A stretch of DNA of 64,000 nt from NCBI GenBank assembly GCA_965221105.1, contig OZ244871.1:767673-831672 (forward strand), written 5' to 3'. This DNA is from Pseudomonadales bacterium. GTDB lineage: Bacteria; Pseudomonadota; Gammaproteobacteria; Pseudomonadales; GM7GCV1. A program made the position numbers and the translations under genes. The notes under the pieces are model-generated. The model saw nothing but the letters and a program-made list of their open reading frames with translations, made no database searches and was not told the origin of the DNA. How positions within the stretch are numbered: position 1 is the stretch's first letter; each line of letters begins with the position of its first letter. Below are positions 37,200-48,592 of the stretch, piece after piece.

Positions 37200-39869
37200 C
37201 TATAGTCTCATAGGGTCTGCTTTTTCAGGATCAATACCGTACCTGACCAGAGCCTCTGCAGGTAAGCTGCGGTCGATGGTGCCCTCAGCAGCCAGCAGGT
37301 CAAGCGCGGCCAGGCAGACATACTTGCGATCAACCTCGAAATGGTTCCGCAATTTTTCCCGAGTATCGGATCTGCCAAAGCCATCAGTACCCAGGACACG
37401 AAACGCGCCCGGAACAAAGGCACGAAGACTCTCGCTGTGCGCCTGGATGTAGTCCGTGGCGAGTACTGTCGGCGCACCCCGACTCGCCAGCCTCTCGGTC
37501 ACCCAGGGAACCCGTTTGTCCTTGAGTGGGTGCAGGAGGTTCCAGCGATCAGCCGATTTGGCCTCCCGGTACAGCTCACTGACCGATGTCAGGCTCCAGA
37601 CATCAGCCTGGATGCCCCAGTCTTCAAGCAGCATGTCCGCAGCGGCTTCAACCTCAAGCAGAATGGCACCCGAACCCATCAACTGAACCCTCTCCCGGTC
37701 GTCGGCCCGGCCTTCAGGTACGCCGCTGCGGTCTGCGTCTCTGAGCAGGTACATCCCGCGAACAATGTCTTCCTCAACGCCCTCCGGCAGTGCGGGATGT
37801 CGATAGTTTTCATTCATTGCGGTAATGTAGTAAAAACAGTTCTCGCCCTCGGTATACATGCGGCGAATGCCGTCCTGAATAATAACAGCAAGCTCGCAGG
37901 CATAGGTCGGATCATAGCTTCGGCAATTTGGAATCGCGGCCGAGATGAGATGGCTATGACCGTCCTGATGCTGAAGCCCCTCGCCGTTCAGTGTTGTTCG
38001 TCCGGCGGTTGCACCAATCAGAAAGCCGCGCGCCTGCAGGTCACCTGCTGCCCAAGCCAGATCCCCGACCCGTTGAAACCCGAACATTGAATAGAAGATG
38101 TAGAACGGAATCATAGGGTAGTCCGAGTGGCTGTAGGAGGTTGCTGCCGCAAGCCATGAAGACATGGCCCCTGCCTCGTTGATGCCCTCCTCCAGAATCT
38201 GGCCCGTCTCTGACTCTTTGTAAAACATCACCTGGTCGGAATCCTCAGGCTGATATTCCTGGCCGACCGACGAGTAGATACCCAGCTGGCGGAACATGCC
38301 CTCCATGCCAAATGTCCTGGCCTCATCCGCAATGATGGGAACAACCCGCTGACCAATATTTTTGTCCTTGGCCAGAATCGAAATTATCCGCACGAAAGCC
38401 ATGGTGGAAGAGATTTCCCGCTCTCCTGTAGACTCCAGCTGTCGCGCAAAATCACTCAACGGAACCGCTTCCAGCCTGGCGCAACCGGACTGCCGCATTG
38501 GAATATACCCGCCAAGCGCCCGACGGCGCTCCCGCAGGTATTTCATTTCGGGGCTGTCTTCATCAGGCCGGTAGTAGGGAATCCCTGGCAGATCCTCATC
38601 TGATATGGGAATGCCGAATCTGTCCCGGAATTGCTTGAGGCTTTCAAGATCGAGCTTCTTCAACGAATGAGTGGTATTTGCCGCTTGCCCGTGTTCACCC
38701 ATGGCATAACCCTTCACCGTTTTCGCCAGGATTACGGTGGGCTTGCCCGAATTGTTATTCACTGCTTCATGATATGCAGCGTAGACCTTGAATGGGTCAT
38801 GGCCACCACGATTCAGGCTCTCCAGATCACGGTCGCTCATATGTGCCACCCGGTCACCGAGCCCTTTGTCTACGAATGCCTGGCGCAAGTAGTCGCCGTT
38901 CTTTGCCTTGAATGACTGGTACTCCCCATCGACCCATTCATCCAGCGTCTGCTGAAGACGACCATCTTCGTCAGCTGCAAACAGAGGTTCCCATTTTCGG
39001 CCCCATACGACCTTGATCACGTTCCAGCCGGCTCCCCGAAACACACCTTCCAGCTCTTGGATGATTTTGCCGTTGCCACGAACCGGGCCATCCAGACGCT
39101 GCAGATTGCAGTTCACCACAAAAATCAGATTGTCGAGACCCTCACGTCCTGCCAGGGCAGTCGAGCCAAGGGATTCAGGCTCATCCATCTCGCCATCCCC
39201 GAGGAATGCCCAGACTTTCCGATCCGAGTTATCTACCAGGCCGCGCTTATGCTGGTATCTCATCACATGCGCCAGGCAAATGGCCTGAATGGATCCCAGT
39301 CCCATGGACACCGTGGGAAACTGCCAGTACTCGGGCATCAACCAGGGATGGGGGTACGATGCCAACCCGTTACCATCAACCTCGCGGCGAAACCGCTCCA
39401 GTTGCTGCTCGTCAATGCGCCCCTCCAGGAAGGAACGTGCGTAGATTCCGGGAGAACTATGGCCCTGAAAAAAAATCAGATCTCCCTGCCTGCCATTGTC
39501 CCATCCACGCCAAAAGTGGTTAAACCCGATCTCGTAGAGTGTTGCCGATGATGCAAAGGAGGAAATGTGTCCGCCCAGGCTACTGTCCCTTTGATTGCAG
39601 CGCATTACCATCGCAAGGGCATTCCAGCGAACAATGGAACGTATCCTTCGCTCCATGAAGAGATCTCCGGGTAATGGCTGTTCATCCTCGACCCGGATGG
39701 TATTTCTATAGGGTGTGACGACCGCTGAATGCAGGTCGACGCCACGTTCACTGGCCCGACTTGCCAGCCTGGCCAGTATTTCCGCGGCTCGTTTCTTCCC
39801 TGATGCCTGAATCAGCGAGTCGAGGGAATCAAGCCATTCACGAGTTTCTGACCGATCTGTTTCGTCCAA
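37200..39869 (-). CDS. aceE: Pyruvate dehydrogenase E1 component (homodimeric type)
   Basis: The 889-aa protein has typical AceE sequence throughout and lies immediately upstream of aceF. Confidence 0.95.
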   Translation of the reverse strand: MDETDRSETREWLDSLDSLIQASGKKRAAEILARLASRASERGVDLHSAVVTPYRNTIRVEDEQPLPGDLFMERRIRSIVRWNALAMVMRCNQRDSSLGGHISSFASSATLYEIGFNHFWRGWDNGRQGDLIFFQGHSSPGIYARSFLEGRIDEQQLERFRREVDGNGLASYPHPWLMPEYWQFPTVSMGLGSIQAICLAHVMRYQHKRGLVDNSDRKVWAFLGDGEMDEPESLGSTALAGREGLDNLIFVVNCNLQRLDGPVRGNGKIIQELEGVFRGAGWNVIKVVWGRKWEPLFAADEDGRLQQTLDEWVDGEYQSFKAKNGDYLRQAFVDKGLGDRVAHMSDRDLESLNRGGHDPFKVYAAYHEAVNNNSGKPTVILAKTVKGYAMGEHGQAANTTHSLKKLDLESLKQFRDRFGIPISDEDLPGIPYYRPDEDSPEMKYLRERRRALGGYIPMRQSGCARLEAVPLSDFARQLESTGEREISSTMAFVRIISILAKDKNIGQRVVPIIADEARTFGMEGMFRQLGIYSSVGQEYQPEDSDQVMFYKESETGQILEEGINEAGAMSSWLAAATSYSHSDYPMIPFYIFYSMFGFQRVGDLAWAAGDLQARGFLIGATAGRTTLNGEGLQHQDGHSHLISAAIPNCRSYDPTYACELAVIIQDGIRRMYTEGENCFYYITAMNENYRHPALPEGVEEDIVRGMYLLRDADRSGVPEGRADDRERVQLMGSGAILLEVEAAADMLLEDWGIQADVWSLTSVSELYREAKSADRWNLLHPLKDKRVPWVTERLASRGAPTVLATDYIQAHSESLRAFVPGAFRVLGTDGFGRSDTREKLRNHFEVDRKYVCLAALDLLAAEGTIDRSLPAEALVRYGIDPEKADPMRL

Positions 39870-39927
39870 CTGCTCGCTCCTGCAGGTTCAAGTGATGTCA
39901 GGCATCGGGTCCTGGCCAGACGATATC

Positions 39928-41034
39928 TCAGGATTCAGTATCATCGACAGGTTCCTGTTGCTCAGTGATCGAGACCGGCCAGGCCAAAATCAGCGCTTTT
40001 ATGAGAGTGGCCAGCGGAATTGCAAAAAATATGCCCCAGATGCCCCAGATTCCGCCGAACACCAGAATCGCAAGAATGATCATCACGGGATGCAGGTTGA
40101 CCGCTTCCGAAAACAACACGGGAACCAGCACATTTCCGTCGAGAATCTGCAGCACCACGTATGCCAGCACCAGGTACAGCGTGATAGGTTGTAATCCCCA
40201 TTGAAAAAGTGCTACCAGGGACACCGGAATAGTCACGGCAAATGCCCCGACAAACGGAACCAGTACCGACAATCCGACGAGAAGTGCCAGCAAAAGCGCG
40301 TAGCGTAAACCGAAGAGGGCGAAAACCACATAGCTGACAACTCCGACAATGATGATTTCAACAACCTTGCCACGCAGATAACTTGACAACTGCTGATCCA
40401 TCTCGACCCAGATCTGGCGCATTGCGCCACGGTGCGTGGGCAGGAAATTCTTGACCCCCAGGCCCAACCCCTTCCAGTCCTTGAGAATAAAAAAGACCAG
40501 TATGAGAACCAGTGCACCATATACGGTCAGTGTAAGCAGGCCTGGTATCTGGCCCAGGGAATAGGCGAGCAGTTTCTCACCATTCACGAGAGCAATCTGG
40601 TTCAACTGACCGAACAGCGAGTTTAGCATATCTTCACTCGCATAGTTGGAGCCGCTTTCCATGAGCTGGCGGAACAACTGCTCGCCACCACTGATAATCG
40701 CCGGGAAATCAACGGCGATCAGCCGCACTTCACTCACTACCACAGGAACCAGAAACAGCACAGAACCGACGAGAATACCCAGAAAGCCCAGGTAGGTAAT
40801 GGCCACCGCAAAATTGTGGGGGATGCCGCGGCGAACCAGGCTGCGCATGGGGCCCTGCAAAATATAGGCCACGATAAGACTGACGAGAAAGGGAGCCAGA
40901 ATTTCTCCCAGAAACCAGATAACCACCAGACTCAATGCGATGATCGCGGTGAGCAGCACAGCTTCTTCATCACCGAGATAGCGGTTGATCCAAATTCGCA
41001 GAGTCTGGCGCATATACAAAATTCCCGGACACAC
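39928..41034 (-). CDS. AI-2E family transporter (PerM/YdiK-like)
   Basis: The protein is a multi-pass membrane protein with the characteristic C-terminal GGIWGIWGIFFAIPLA-type segment. The start may be the ATG at 41013. Confidence 0.75.
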   Translation of the reverse strand: MCPGILYMRQTLRIWINRYLGDEEAVLLTAIIALSLVVIWFLGEILAPFLVSLIVAYILQGPMRSLVRRGIPHNFAVAITYLGFLGILVGSVLFLVPVVVSEVRLIAVDFPAIISGGEQLFRQLMESGSNYASEDMLNSLFGQLNQIALVNGEKLLAYSLGQIPGLLTLTVYGALVLILVFFILKDWKGLGLGVKNFLPTHRGAMRQIWVEMDQQLSSYLRGKVVEIIIVGVVSYVVFALFGLRYALLLALLVGLSVLVPFVGAFAVTIPVSLVALFQWGLQPITLYLVLAYVVLQILDGNVLVPVLFSEAVNLHPVMIILAILVFGGIWGIWGIFFAIPLATLIKALILAWPVSITEQQEPVDDTES

Positions 41035-41264
41035 CCCGCTGGAATCAGTTGTTCATTCCTGTCAGACAGTGTTGCCTCGGCGACAAACAACACAGACAAT
41101 GCGGTGTCCAACTCATGTCTTGAAGAATTCCAGCAAAAAAACGGTTGCAGTTTATCAGGGAACCTTTGGAAAGCGTGGGGTACCCAAGGGATTCGGGCGC
41201 ATTGAGCAGCCCCGATCCGCCCAGCCGGTTTTCCAGAAATCCCAGCGAATTCGGAGTATAACCT

Positions 41265-42698
41265 ATGCCCACCGGGCTCAAACGATTTCTCACAATCTTC
41301 CTGCTGAGCGCTTCAATTCCTGGCACTGCAGCCTCAATTGAATTGCCGAGTATGGGCGAAGCCAGCTCCGCTGTTCTCTCACTGGAGCAGGAGCGAGAGT
41401 TGGGGCAGGCCTGGCTCAGGTCATTCCGCGCCAGAACAGGGCTGAACTCCGACTACCTGCTTCAGGAGTATGTGGAAGATCTGCTGGCAGAAATGGCCAT
41501 ACACTCCGCAATCGAGGACAAGCGGCTTGATGTGCTGGTTGTGGACAACCCCTCTCTCAACGCCTTTGCCGTTCCGGGCGGTATTATCGGGGTCAACACA
41601 GGACTTTTTCTGCATGCGACGAGCGAGGCCCAGTTCGCATCGGTGCTGGCACACGAGCTGTCCCACCTGTCGCAACGACATTTTGCCAGGTCGGTTGCCG
41701 AAAGCCGCTCCAGCGCAGTGACCACCATGGCGGGCCTGCTTGCGGGGATCATTCTCGCGGCCACGACTGGAAGCGATGCTGGTCTGGCTGCCATTAGCGC
41801 CACCCAGGCTGCAGCTCTGGAATCAAGTCTGAGATACAGCCGCCTGCACGAACAGGAGGCAGATCGGATTGGCATTGAAGTACTCGCCCGAGCCGGATAC
41901 GACCCAAATGCCATGGCTGAAATGTTTGAAAATATGCTCAGATCAACACGCTATACAGGCTACCAGGCACCTGAGTACCTGCGTTCCCACCCTTTGACCG
42001 AGAGCCGGGTCAGCGATGCAGTATCAAGGGCACGCCAGTTTCCAGACAAATACTTTCCAGAATCCCAAACCTACAGCCTGATGCGCGCCAGGGTGGATGC
42101 CCGCGAATCTGGCAGCCCGATACAGGCAGTCCAGAAGTTTGAATCACTGGTTGAGGAATCGCCCCTCCCGGCACACAGGTACGCGCTCGCACTGGCCTAC
42201 CAGAATGCGTTGCGATTCAGCGAGGCGCTCTCCATCGCACAACAGCTTTTCGAACAAAACGCCGACATCCAGCCATTCGGACTGCTCTACGCAGACCTGC
42301 TCAATAGCCAGGGCCGCTCAGCCAAAGCTGTGCAGATAGTCGCCGACTATCTGCAGTCCCATCCACACAGTTATGCGTTAAACATGTCAATGGCCAACTT
42401 TCTGACCCACGATGGACAATATGCCGCGGCTGCGAAAATCCTGTTGGATCAGGTTCGGCTGCGTCCCAACGATGCAGTTGCCTGGTATGAATACAGTGAA
42501 GTTCTCGGACTGGCAGGAGATATTCTGAAGTTGCACAAATCCAGAGCCAGGTATTTTATGCTGACCGGAGCTTTCAGCCGCGCGATTCGGCAGCTTCAAC
42601 TGGCCAAAAAGGAAGCTGCAGACAACCAGACAGAACTGGCGATCATTGGTGAAATGATCAGTGAAGCGGCGCGCTTAAGAAGCAGCTCGCAGTTCTAG
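41265..42698 (+). CDS. M48-family metalloprotease with C-terminal TPR region (BepA/YfgC-like)
   Basis: The protein has a signal peptide, the zinc motif HELSHLSQRH with a downstream E, and a TPR-like C-terminal half. Confidence 0.8.
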   Translation: MPTGLKRFLTIFLLSASIPGTAASIELPSMGEASSAVLSLEQERELGQAWLRSFRARTGLNSDYLLQEYVEDLLAEMAIHSAIEDKRLDVLVVDNPSLNAFAVPGGIIGVNTGLFLHATSEAQFASVLAHELSHLSQRHFARSVAESRSSAVTTMAGLLAGIILAATTGSDAGLAAISATQAAALESSLRYSRLHEQEADRIGIEVLARAGYDPNAMAEMFENMLRSTRYTGYQAPEYLRSHPLTESRVSDAVSRARQFPDKYFPESQTYSLMRARVDARESGSPIQAVQKFESLVEESPLPAHRYALALAYQNALRFSEALSIAQQLFEQNADIQPFGLLYADLLNSQGRSAKAVQIVADYLQSHPHSYALNMSMANFLTHDGQYAAAAKILLDQVRLRPNDAVAWYEYSEVLGLAGDILKLHKSRARYFMLTGAFSRAIRQLQLAKKEAADNQTELAIIGEMISEAARLRSSSQF

Positions 42699-42851
42699 GA
42701 ACTCCTGAAAACTGCCTGGCACCGAGAATGGCCGCTTTGGGCCATGCCCACACATTCTTCCATCCCGCCGACAGATTCCGTTTTCTGCGCCTCGTCGGTG
42801 CTGTACTTCACGGCCGCTGCCGTTGTTCAGGGGTGTTCTCAATGAAGGGCA

Positions 42852-43877
42852 TCAGGCGGCGGCTTGCTGAGCCCGAAAATCCAGCATTCGAGTGAGCGCC
42901 ACCACAGCCTTTTCTGCGACCGCCGCATCTACCCTGATCTCATTGCCGGGGTTGTCCAGAACCTGTGCCAGGTTCTCCAGGCCGTTCATGGCCATCCAGG
43001 GACAGTTGGCACAACTCCTGCACTCTGCGCCCTCCCCTGCGGTCGGTGCGACAATCAATTCTTTATGGGGTACAGCCTGCTGCATTTTAAAGAAAATTCC
43101 CTGATCTGTTGCAACAATCAATTGCCTGTTGGGCAGGTCTTTAGCCGCCTCAATCAGCTGAGAGGTTGAACCCACCACTGTTGCAAGATCAACGACAGAC
43201 TCAGGTGATTCCGGGTGGACCAGTACTGCGGCATCGGGATAGACATGCATCATCTCTGCCAGGCGCTGGCTCTTGAATTCTTCATGAACGATACAGGAAC
43301 CATCCCACATCAGCATGTCTGCATCGGTGCGTTTCTCAATGTAACGTCCCAGGTACCGGTCCGGTGCCCAGAGAATTTTCTCGCCGAGAGAATCCAGATG
43401 CTCGACAACATCAACGGCGATACTTGAAGTGACCACCCAGTCCGCCCGCGCCTTGACCTCGGCAGAAGTGTTCGCATAGACCACAACGGTATGGTCGGGG
43501 TGCTTGTCACAGAAGGCAGCGAACTCATCGGCGGGACACCCCAAATCCAGTGAACAGGTGGCATCCAGGGTTGGCATGAGCACCCGCTTGTCAGGCGAAA
43601 GGATTTTGGCCGTCTCGCCCATGAATTTGACACCGCAGACAATGAGCGTATCTGCCGGGTGAGCGGTACCAAAACGCGCCATTTCCAGCGAGTCTGAAAC
43701 ACAGCCACCGGTTTCCTCGGCCAGCTTCTGGATCTTGGGGTTGGTGTAATAGTGGGCGATCAGTACCGCGTTGTTGCGCGCCAGAGTCGCCCGGATCTTC
43801 GCCAGATAGCCAGCTTCAACACCTAATTCCAGCTGTTCGGGCTCGGGGGTACGCAGTTTGTCAACGAGAGTGTTCAT
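42852..43877 (-). CDS. nadA: Quinolinate synthase A
   Basis: The 341-aa protein shows conserved NadA sequence, including the C-terminal CxxCxxM cluster-ligand region ([10 protein letters not shown]). Confidence 0.9.
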   Translation of the reverse strand: MNTLVDKLRTPEPEQLELGVEAGYLAKIRATLARNNAVLIAHYYTNPKIQKLAEETGGCVSDSLEMARFGTAHPADTLIVCGVKFMGETAKILSPDKRVLMPTLDATCSLDLGCPADEFAAFCDKHPDHTVVVYANTSAEVKARADWVVTSSIAVDVVEHLDSLGEKILWAPDRYLGRYIEKRTDADMLMWDGSCIVHEEFKSQRLAEMMHVYPDAAVLVHPESPESVVDLATVVGSTSQLIEAAKDLPNRQLIVATDQGIFFKMQQAVPHKELIVAPTAGEGAECRSCANCPWMAMNGLENLAQVLDNPGNEIRVDAAVAEKAVVALTRMLDFRAQQAAA

Positions 43878-43973
43878 CGGATGCCGTGTTGCACATCACT
43901 CGCAAGGGGTAGCAGGAGGAAGATTGTAGCAAACGGTACCACAAATAATTCCGAAAAGGACAGCCTGTGAACT

Positions 43974-45470
43974 GTGTCAGGAAACCGGTCTACCCCCGCG
44001 TCCCAACTGCACCAGACGGGTGAACCGGCTCTGCTTGTGGACTATCATGCGCCCCATCGATACTCCCTTGATCAATCCAGGCAGAGGAAACCACGTGCCG
44101 TGAACACCGAAACCATCCGGGCTCTTGAGCGCGCATTCGGCGACCGGATGACGACCAACACAGATATTCTCGTACAGCATGGCCGCGATGAATCCTTCCA
44201 CGCGGCTGCAGCGCCAGAGGTAGTTGTCTATCCGCTTAACAACGAGGAGGTACAGTATATTGTCCGTGTATGCTCCGATAACCAGACACCCCTGATTCCT
44301 TATGGCGCGGGCACCTCGCTGGAGGGGCATGTAAACGCACTGCACGGTGGTGTCTGTCTGGACATGTCGCGCATGAACCGGATTATTGAAATTCACGAAC
44401 AGGACCTCGATGTCCGCGTGCAGGCCGGTGTCGTCCGAAAGCAGCTTGAGCGGGAACTGCGTCCCCTGGGCCTGTTCTTTCCAGTGGATCCCGGGGCGGA
44501 CGCAACCCTGGGTGGTATGGTCGCAACGGGTGCCTCGGGAACCAATGCGGTCCGCTACGGAACCATGCGTGAGAACCTCCTGGGACTGACCCTGGTCACC
44601 GCTGATGGGCAGATTCAGACAACCGGCAGTCGGGCACGCAAATCAGCATCAGGGTACGACTTGACGCGACTGTTCTGCGGCTCGGAAGGCACCCTCGGTG
44701 TGATTACCGAGATCAGCCTGAAATGCCATGGCCTGCCGGAAGCATATTCAGCTGCAGTCTGCCCCTTCGAGACACTCGAGGGTGCGGTACAGTCGGTTAC
44801 TGAGGTCATCCAGTCGGGTATCCCAGTCGCCAGAATCGAGTTGCTGGACGCACTCCATATGACAGCAGTAAATGCCTATTCCGGGCTCGACTACGCAGAG
44901 AAACCAACCCTCTTCTTTGAATTTCAGGGCACCTGGGCTTCAGTGGCGGAACAGAGCCGACATGCTGCAGAAATCGTAAGTGAACAGGGTGGCGGAGATT
45001 TTCGATGGTCAACCAGACAGGAGGAGCAATCCCGACTCTGGAAGGCCAGGCACGATGCCTATTACGCTGCCAAGGCCATGCGTCCCGGCTGCCAGGTCTG
45101 GCCAACAGACGTATGTGTGCCTTTATCGCGCCTGGCCGAATGCATCCTGGCCACCCGGGCTGATGTTGAGGAGTCTGATTTCTATGCGCCGATTGTGGGT
45201 CACGTGGGTGACGGCAACTTTCACCTCCAGTTGCTGGTCAAGACCGGGGACCCGGATGAAATGCGGATTGCCTCGGAAATCAATGAGCGTTTAATCAAGC
45301 GGGCACTCTCGATGGGTGGCACCATGACCGGGGAGCACGGCGTCGGCAGCGGCAAGCTGGCATACATGGAGCTCGAACACGGCCAGAGTCTGAACCTGAT
45401 GAGAACAATTAAACAGGCTCTGGATCCACACAATATCATGAACCCGGGCAAAGTCATTCCCGGTCTTTAG
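43974..45470 (+). CDS. FAD-linked oxidase (GlcD / D-lactate dehydrogenase-like)
   Basis: An FAD_binding_4 region (PYGAGTSLEGH) is followed by an FAD-oxidase_C region. The start is uncertain, and the in-frame GTG at 44100 is a plausible alternative. Confidence 0.8.
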   Translation: MSGNRSTPASQLHQTGEPALLVDYHAPHRYSLDQSRQRKPRAVNTETIRALERAFGDRMTTNTDILVQHGRDESFHAAAAPEVVVYPLNNEEVQYIVRVCSDNQTPLIPYGAGTSLEGHVNALHGGVCLDMSRMNRIIEIHEQDLDVRVQAGVVRKQLERELRPLGLFFPVDPGADATLGGMVATGASGTNAVRYGTMRENLLGLTLVTADGQIQTTGSRARKSASGYDLTRLFCGSEGTLGVITEISLKCHGLPEAYSAAVCPFETLEGAVQSVTEVIQSGIPVARIELLDALHMTAVNAYSGLDYAEKPTLFFEFQGTWASVAEQSRHAAEIVSEQGGGDFRWSTRQEEQSRLWKARHDAYYAAKAMRPGCQVWPTDVCVPLSRLAECILATRADVEESDFYAPIVGHVGDGNFHLQLLVKTGDPDEMRIASEINERLIKRALSMGGTMTGEHGVGSGKLAYMELEHGQSLNLMRTIKQALDPHNIMNPGKVIPGL

Positions 45471-48400
45471 CCGACATCACCTGCGGGAGAAGCCCAGGTT
45501 TCGCGTGAAGCCCGGAACCCTGTCATTGCCAGCCGAAACACGAGGGGGACGACAAACAGCGTCAGCAGTGTGGAACTCACCAGGCCACTGACAATAGTCG
45601 TTGCCACCGGCCCCCACACCACAGATTCCCCTGCAAAACCTGCAGCCAGTGAAAACAGCCCCGCGATGGTGGTAAATGAGGTAATCAGAATTGGCACTAT
45701 CCTGCGTCGAGCCGCGTAGAGGGTTGCATGGTTCACCGACATTCCCCGGGCAAGGCGGTCGTTTGCAGCAGAAATCAACACGATGGCTGCGTTGACCGAT
45801 ATTCCGGCCAGTGCAACGACGCCGTAGAGGGTATACAAATTCATGTCATTCCCGGTCAGCATCAGACCGATCACCACACCGGTAAAGGCAAGCGGCACCG
45901 ATACAAGAACCATCAGCGGTTGCCAGTAGCTGCGAAACTGCGTGCCCAAAATCAGATAGATCAGGCCCAGCCCCATCACGAACAGCATGATACCAGCATC
46001 CAGACTCTCACGAATATCATCCAGTTCACCCGAAAAATCCAGTTCGACCCCCGGGTAGCGCGCTGCAATGGTCTCCCAGTAGTCAAGGATCAACTGGTTG
46101 GCCGCAACCGTATTTGTCCGGCTATCATCAATATCGGCTTCCAAAGTAATGGCACGGAGAAAGTTATAGTGGCGTATATTCTGCTGCCCGTGTCCATAGC
46201 TGACCTGAACCAGGTCTCCCAACATCGTCACCTGCCCATCGGGCCTGGACAGTGTGTGCTGCAACAGATCATTGATCGTTCCGGTTTCGGAACGCGCAAG
46301 AAGACGCACGCTGACCTCTTCACCGGCATCCTGGAACTGATTGATAATTTCACCATCCACATATGCCTGAATGACGCGGGTTACGTGCTCCGGACGCAGC
46401 CCGGCACGCTTGATCGCATCGCCGTCAAGCGCCAGCACAAGCTCTGGACTTCCCTGGCGGTAATCCGTAGTGACATCGCGAAACAGGCCATCCTGCTGTT
46501 CCATGAAGCCGGTAATCTGCCCGGTGACGACCTGCAGGTCAGCAAAGCTGTCGCCTCTCACTTTCACACTGATTGGCCTGCCGATCGGCGGACCATCATC
46601 TATCATGAAGATGGTCACTTTGGCTTCAGGAGAGATGGGCATCTCGTTCATACGCGCACGAACCGCATCCGCGACATCAAGCACATGGCGCCCCCGCCGC
46701 GTCTGCGGATTCAGGCTGATCAGAACCTGACCGATGTTATCGCCAAAAAGCGGCTCGGTGATGGTCTGCATCTGCCCTGAATAACTGACCGAGGATCTCA
46801 ATTCAACGGGCTCTATCACCTGCAGGGAGCGCTCCTCGGCCAACTGCACCTGCCGCAGTGTTTCTTCCAGCGAGGTGCCCGAGGGCAGCTCAACATTCAC
46901 ATAAAGAATGCGATAGGCTTCAGTGGCGAAAAAATTCATCTTGATGGCACCCGATGCAAGCAGCACGGCCGCCAGCAACATGATTGCAGCTACAATGGCC
47001 ATGGCCCGGCCGGGGTATCGCAGTGCGCTGATCAACGCCCTGCTATACCTGACACGCAGTTTGTGCGTCCAGCGCTCCCTCAGCGCCTGCAAACGTCCGT
47101 CGCCAGAGAAGCCGTTATGCAGCAGCAAAACATGTGTCGGCAACATCCAGAATGCCTCGATCAGGCTCACCAGCAGCGCCACCGCCACTATCATCGGGAT
47201 GATCATCATAAAATCGCCGAGAATACCCGGTAACAGGGTCAGCGGAAGGAACGCAGCAATCGTTGTCATAACCGAAGTCGTCACCGGCGCTGCCACTTCG
47301 CGCAGGGCATGTACGCCGGCCCGAAATTTCTCCATGCCACGCTGCAAACGGTAGTAAATGGATTCCACGACAACCACGGCATCGTCTACGATCATTCCAA
47401 GCACAATAACAACACCCAGCAATACATTGCTGTTGAGTGTCATGCCCATGACCTGCAGTATCAGGAAAGTCCCTGACAGGGTAAAAGGAATCCCGATACC
47501 CGTAAGGAGCGCGATACGCGTTCCAAGAAAAATCCAGGTCGCGAGGACGACAAGAATCAGCCCGATCAGGGCATTTTTCTGCATCAGCCCAAGAGCCTTG
47601 CGAATACTGGCCGTCTGATCATCCGCCAGCACCAATTCCAGGCCACGTGCCGCATCCACAGCGTTACGCTGCTCAATGAAAGCCTGGAGGCTATCGAGCA
47701 ATTCCAGCGTGTTGGCGCCCTCCTGTTTGGTGATGCTGAAGAGCACCGCGGGATTTCCCTGATAACTCACCAACTTGCTGGGCTCCTTGGCCGCACGATA
47801 GATGTCCGCGAGACTGCCCAGGGACACGACCCCGTTCGCACCGAGCACGGGGTAGGATTCCAGGTCTTCCAGACTACCACCGGTGCCCTGCAGGCGGACT
47901 ACCCATTTGCCCTGTGACGTATCCAGGTCACCTACCGACACGTCACGGAAGTAACTGCCTACCGTGTCAGCGAGATCTGCAGTGGTAATACCAAGCCCCT
48001 CGAGTCGCTCGGGGTAGAACCGAATATGCAGTTCAGGTTCATCAGATCCGTCGACCCGGGCCTGGTCTACACCGGGCAGGCGCTCAAGTGCCTTTTTTAT
48101 CTGTACCGAGTGGCGTCGCAGATTCTCGTCATTGGCTGGCGAGGACAACACTATTGTTGCTGCGGGAAATCCGCTGGATGTCGTTATCTCATAGATTTGA
48201 GGGTCATCAGCTTCAGGTGGTAACTGATCGGTATACACATTCTGAACTTCGCGACGCAGGTCTGCGATGCGAATATCAAACTCCCGGTCTTCCAGCTCCT
48301 GAAAACGAACCAGAATGCTGGAAATGCTCTCGCGGCTGGTACTGGATACAAAACGGATATTCCTGACAGACCTGCTAATGGCATCTTCAATGGGATCGGT

Positions 48401-48589
48401 CAGGCGTTTTTCAACTTCCTCGGCGGATGCACCTGGCAGCACTGTGATGATATTGATCCAGTTGAAATTGATATCGGGATCCTTGGATCTGGGCATGTTC
48501 TGATAGGCAAGGGCGCCCAGGACCAGTACCAGCACAAAAAGCAGGTTCGCTGGCACATGATTGCGCATCAAAAAAGCAAAAAAGCCCAC
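45467..48589 (-). CDS. RND-family efflux transporter, inner-membrane permease (AcrB/HAE-type)
   Basis: The protein is 1,040 aa with 12-TM architecture and two large periplasmic loops. It lies directly downstream of an adaptor gene. Confidence 0.9.
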   Translation of the reverse strand: MGFFAFLMRNHVPANLLFVLVLVLGALAYQNMPRSKDPDINFNWINIITVLPGASAEEVEKRLTDPIEDAISRSVRNIRFVSSTSRESISSILVRFQELEDREFDIRIADLRREVQNVYTDQLPPEADDPQIYEITTSSGFPAATIVLSSPANDENLRRHSVQIKKALERLPGVDQARVDGSDEPELHIRFYPERLEGLGITTADLADTVGSYFRDVSVGDLDTSQGKWVVRLQGTGGSLEDLESYPVLGANGVVSLGSLADIYRAAKEPSKLVSYQGNPAVLFSITKQEGANTLELLDSLQAFIEQRNAVDAARGLELVLADDQTASIRKALGLMQKNALIGLILVVLATWIFLGTRIALLTGIGIPFTLSGTFLILQVMGMTLNSNVLLGVVIVLGMIVDDAVVVVESIYYRLQRGMEKFRAGVHALREVAAPVTTSVMTTIAAFLPLTLLPGILGDFMMIIPMIVAVALLVSLIEAFWMLPTHVLLLHNGFSGDGRLQALRERWTHKLRVRYSRALISALRYPGRAMAIVAAIMLLAAVLLASGAIKMNFFATEAYRILYVNVELPSGTSLEETLRQVQLAEERSLQVIEPVELRSSVSYSGQMQTITEPLFGDNIGQVLISLNPQTRRGRHVLDVADAVRARMNEMPISPEAKVTIFMIDDGPPIGRPISVKVRGDSFADLQVVTGQITGFMEQQDGLFRDVTTDYRQGSPELVLALDGDAIKRAGLRPEHVTRVIQAYVDGEIINQFQDAGEEVSVRLLARSETGTINDLLQHTLSRPDGQVTMLGDLVQVSYGHGQQNIRHYNFLRAITLEADIDDSRTNTVAANQLILDYWETIAARYPGVELDFSGELDDIRESLDAGIMLFVMGLGLIYLILGTQFRSYWQPLMVLVSVPLAFTGVVIGLMLTGNDMNLYTLYGVVALAGISVNAAIVLISAANDRLARGMSVNHATLYAARRRIVPILITSFTTIAGLFSLAAGFAGESVVWGPVATTIVSGLVSSTLLTLFVVPLVFRLAMTGFRASRETWASPAGDVG

Positions 48590-48592
48590 TGG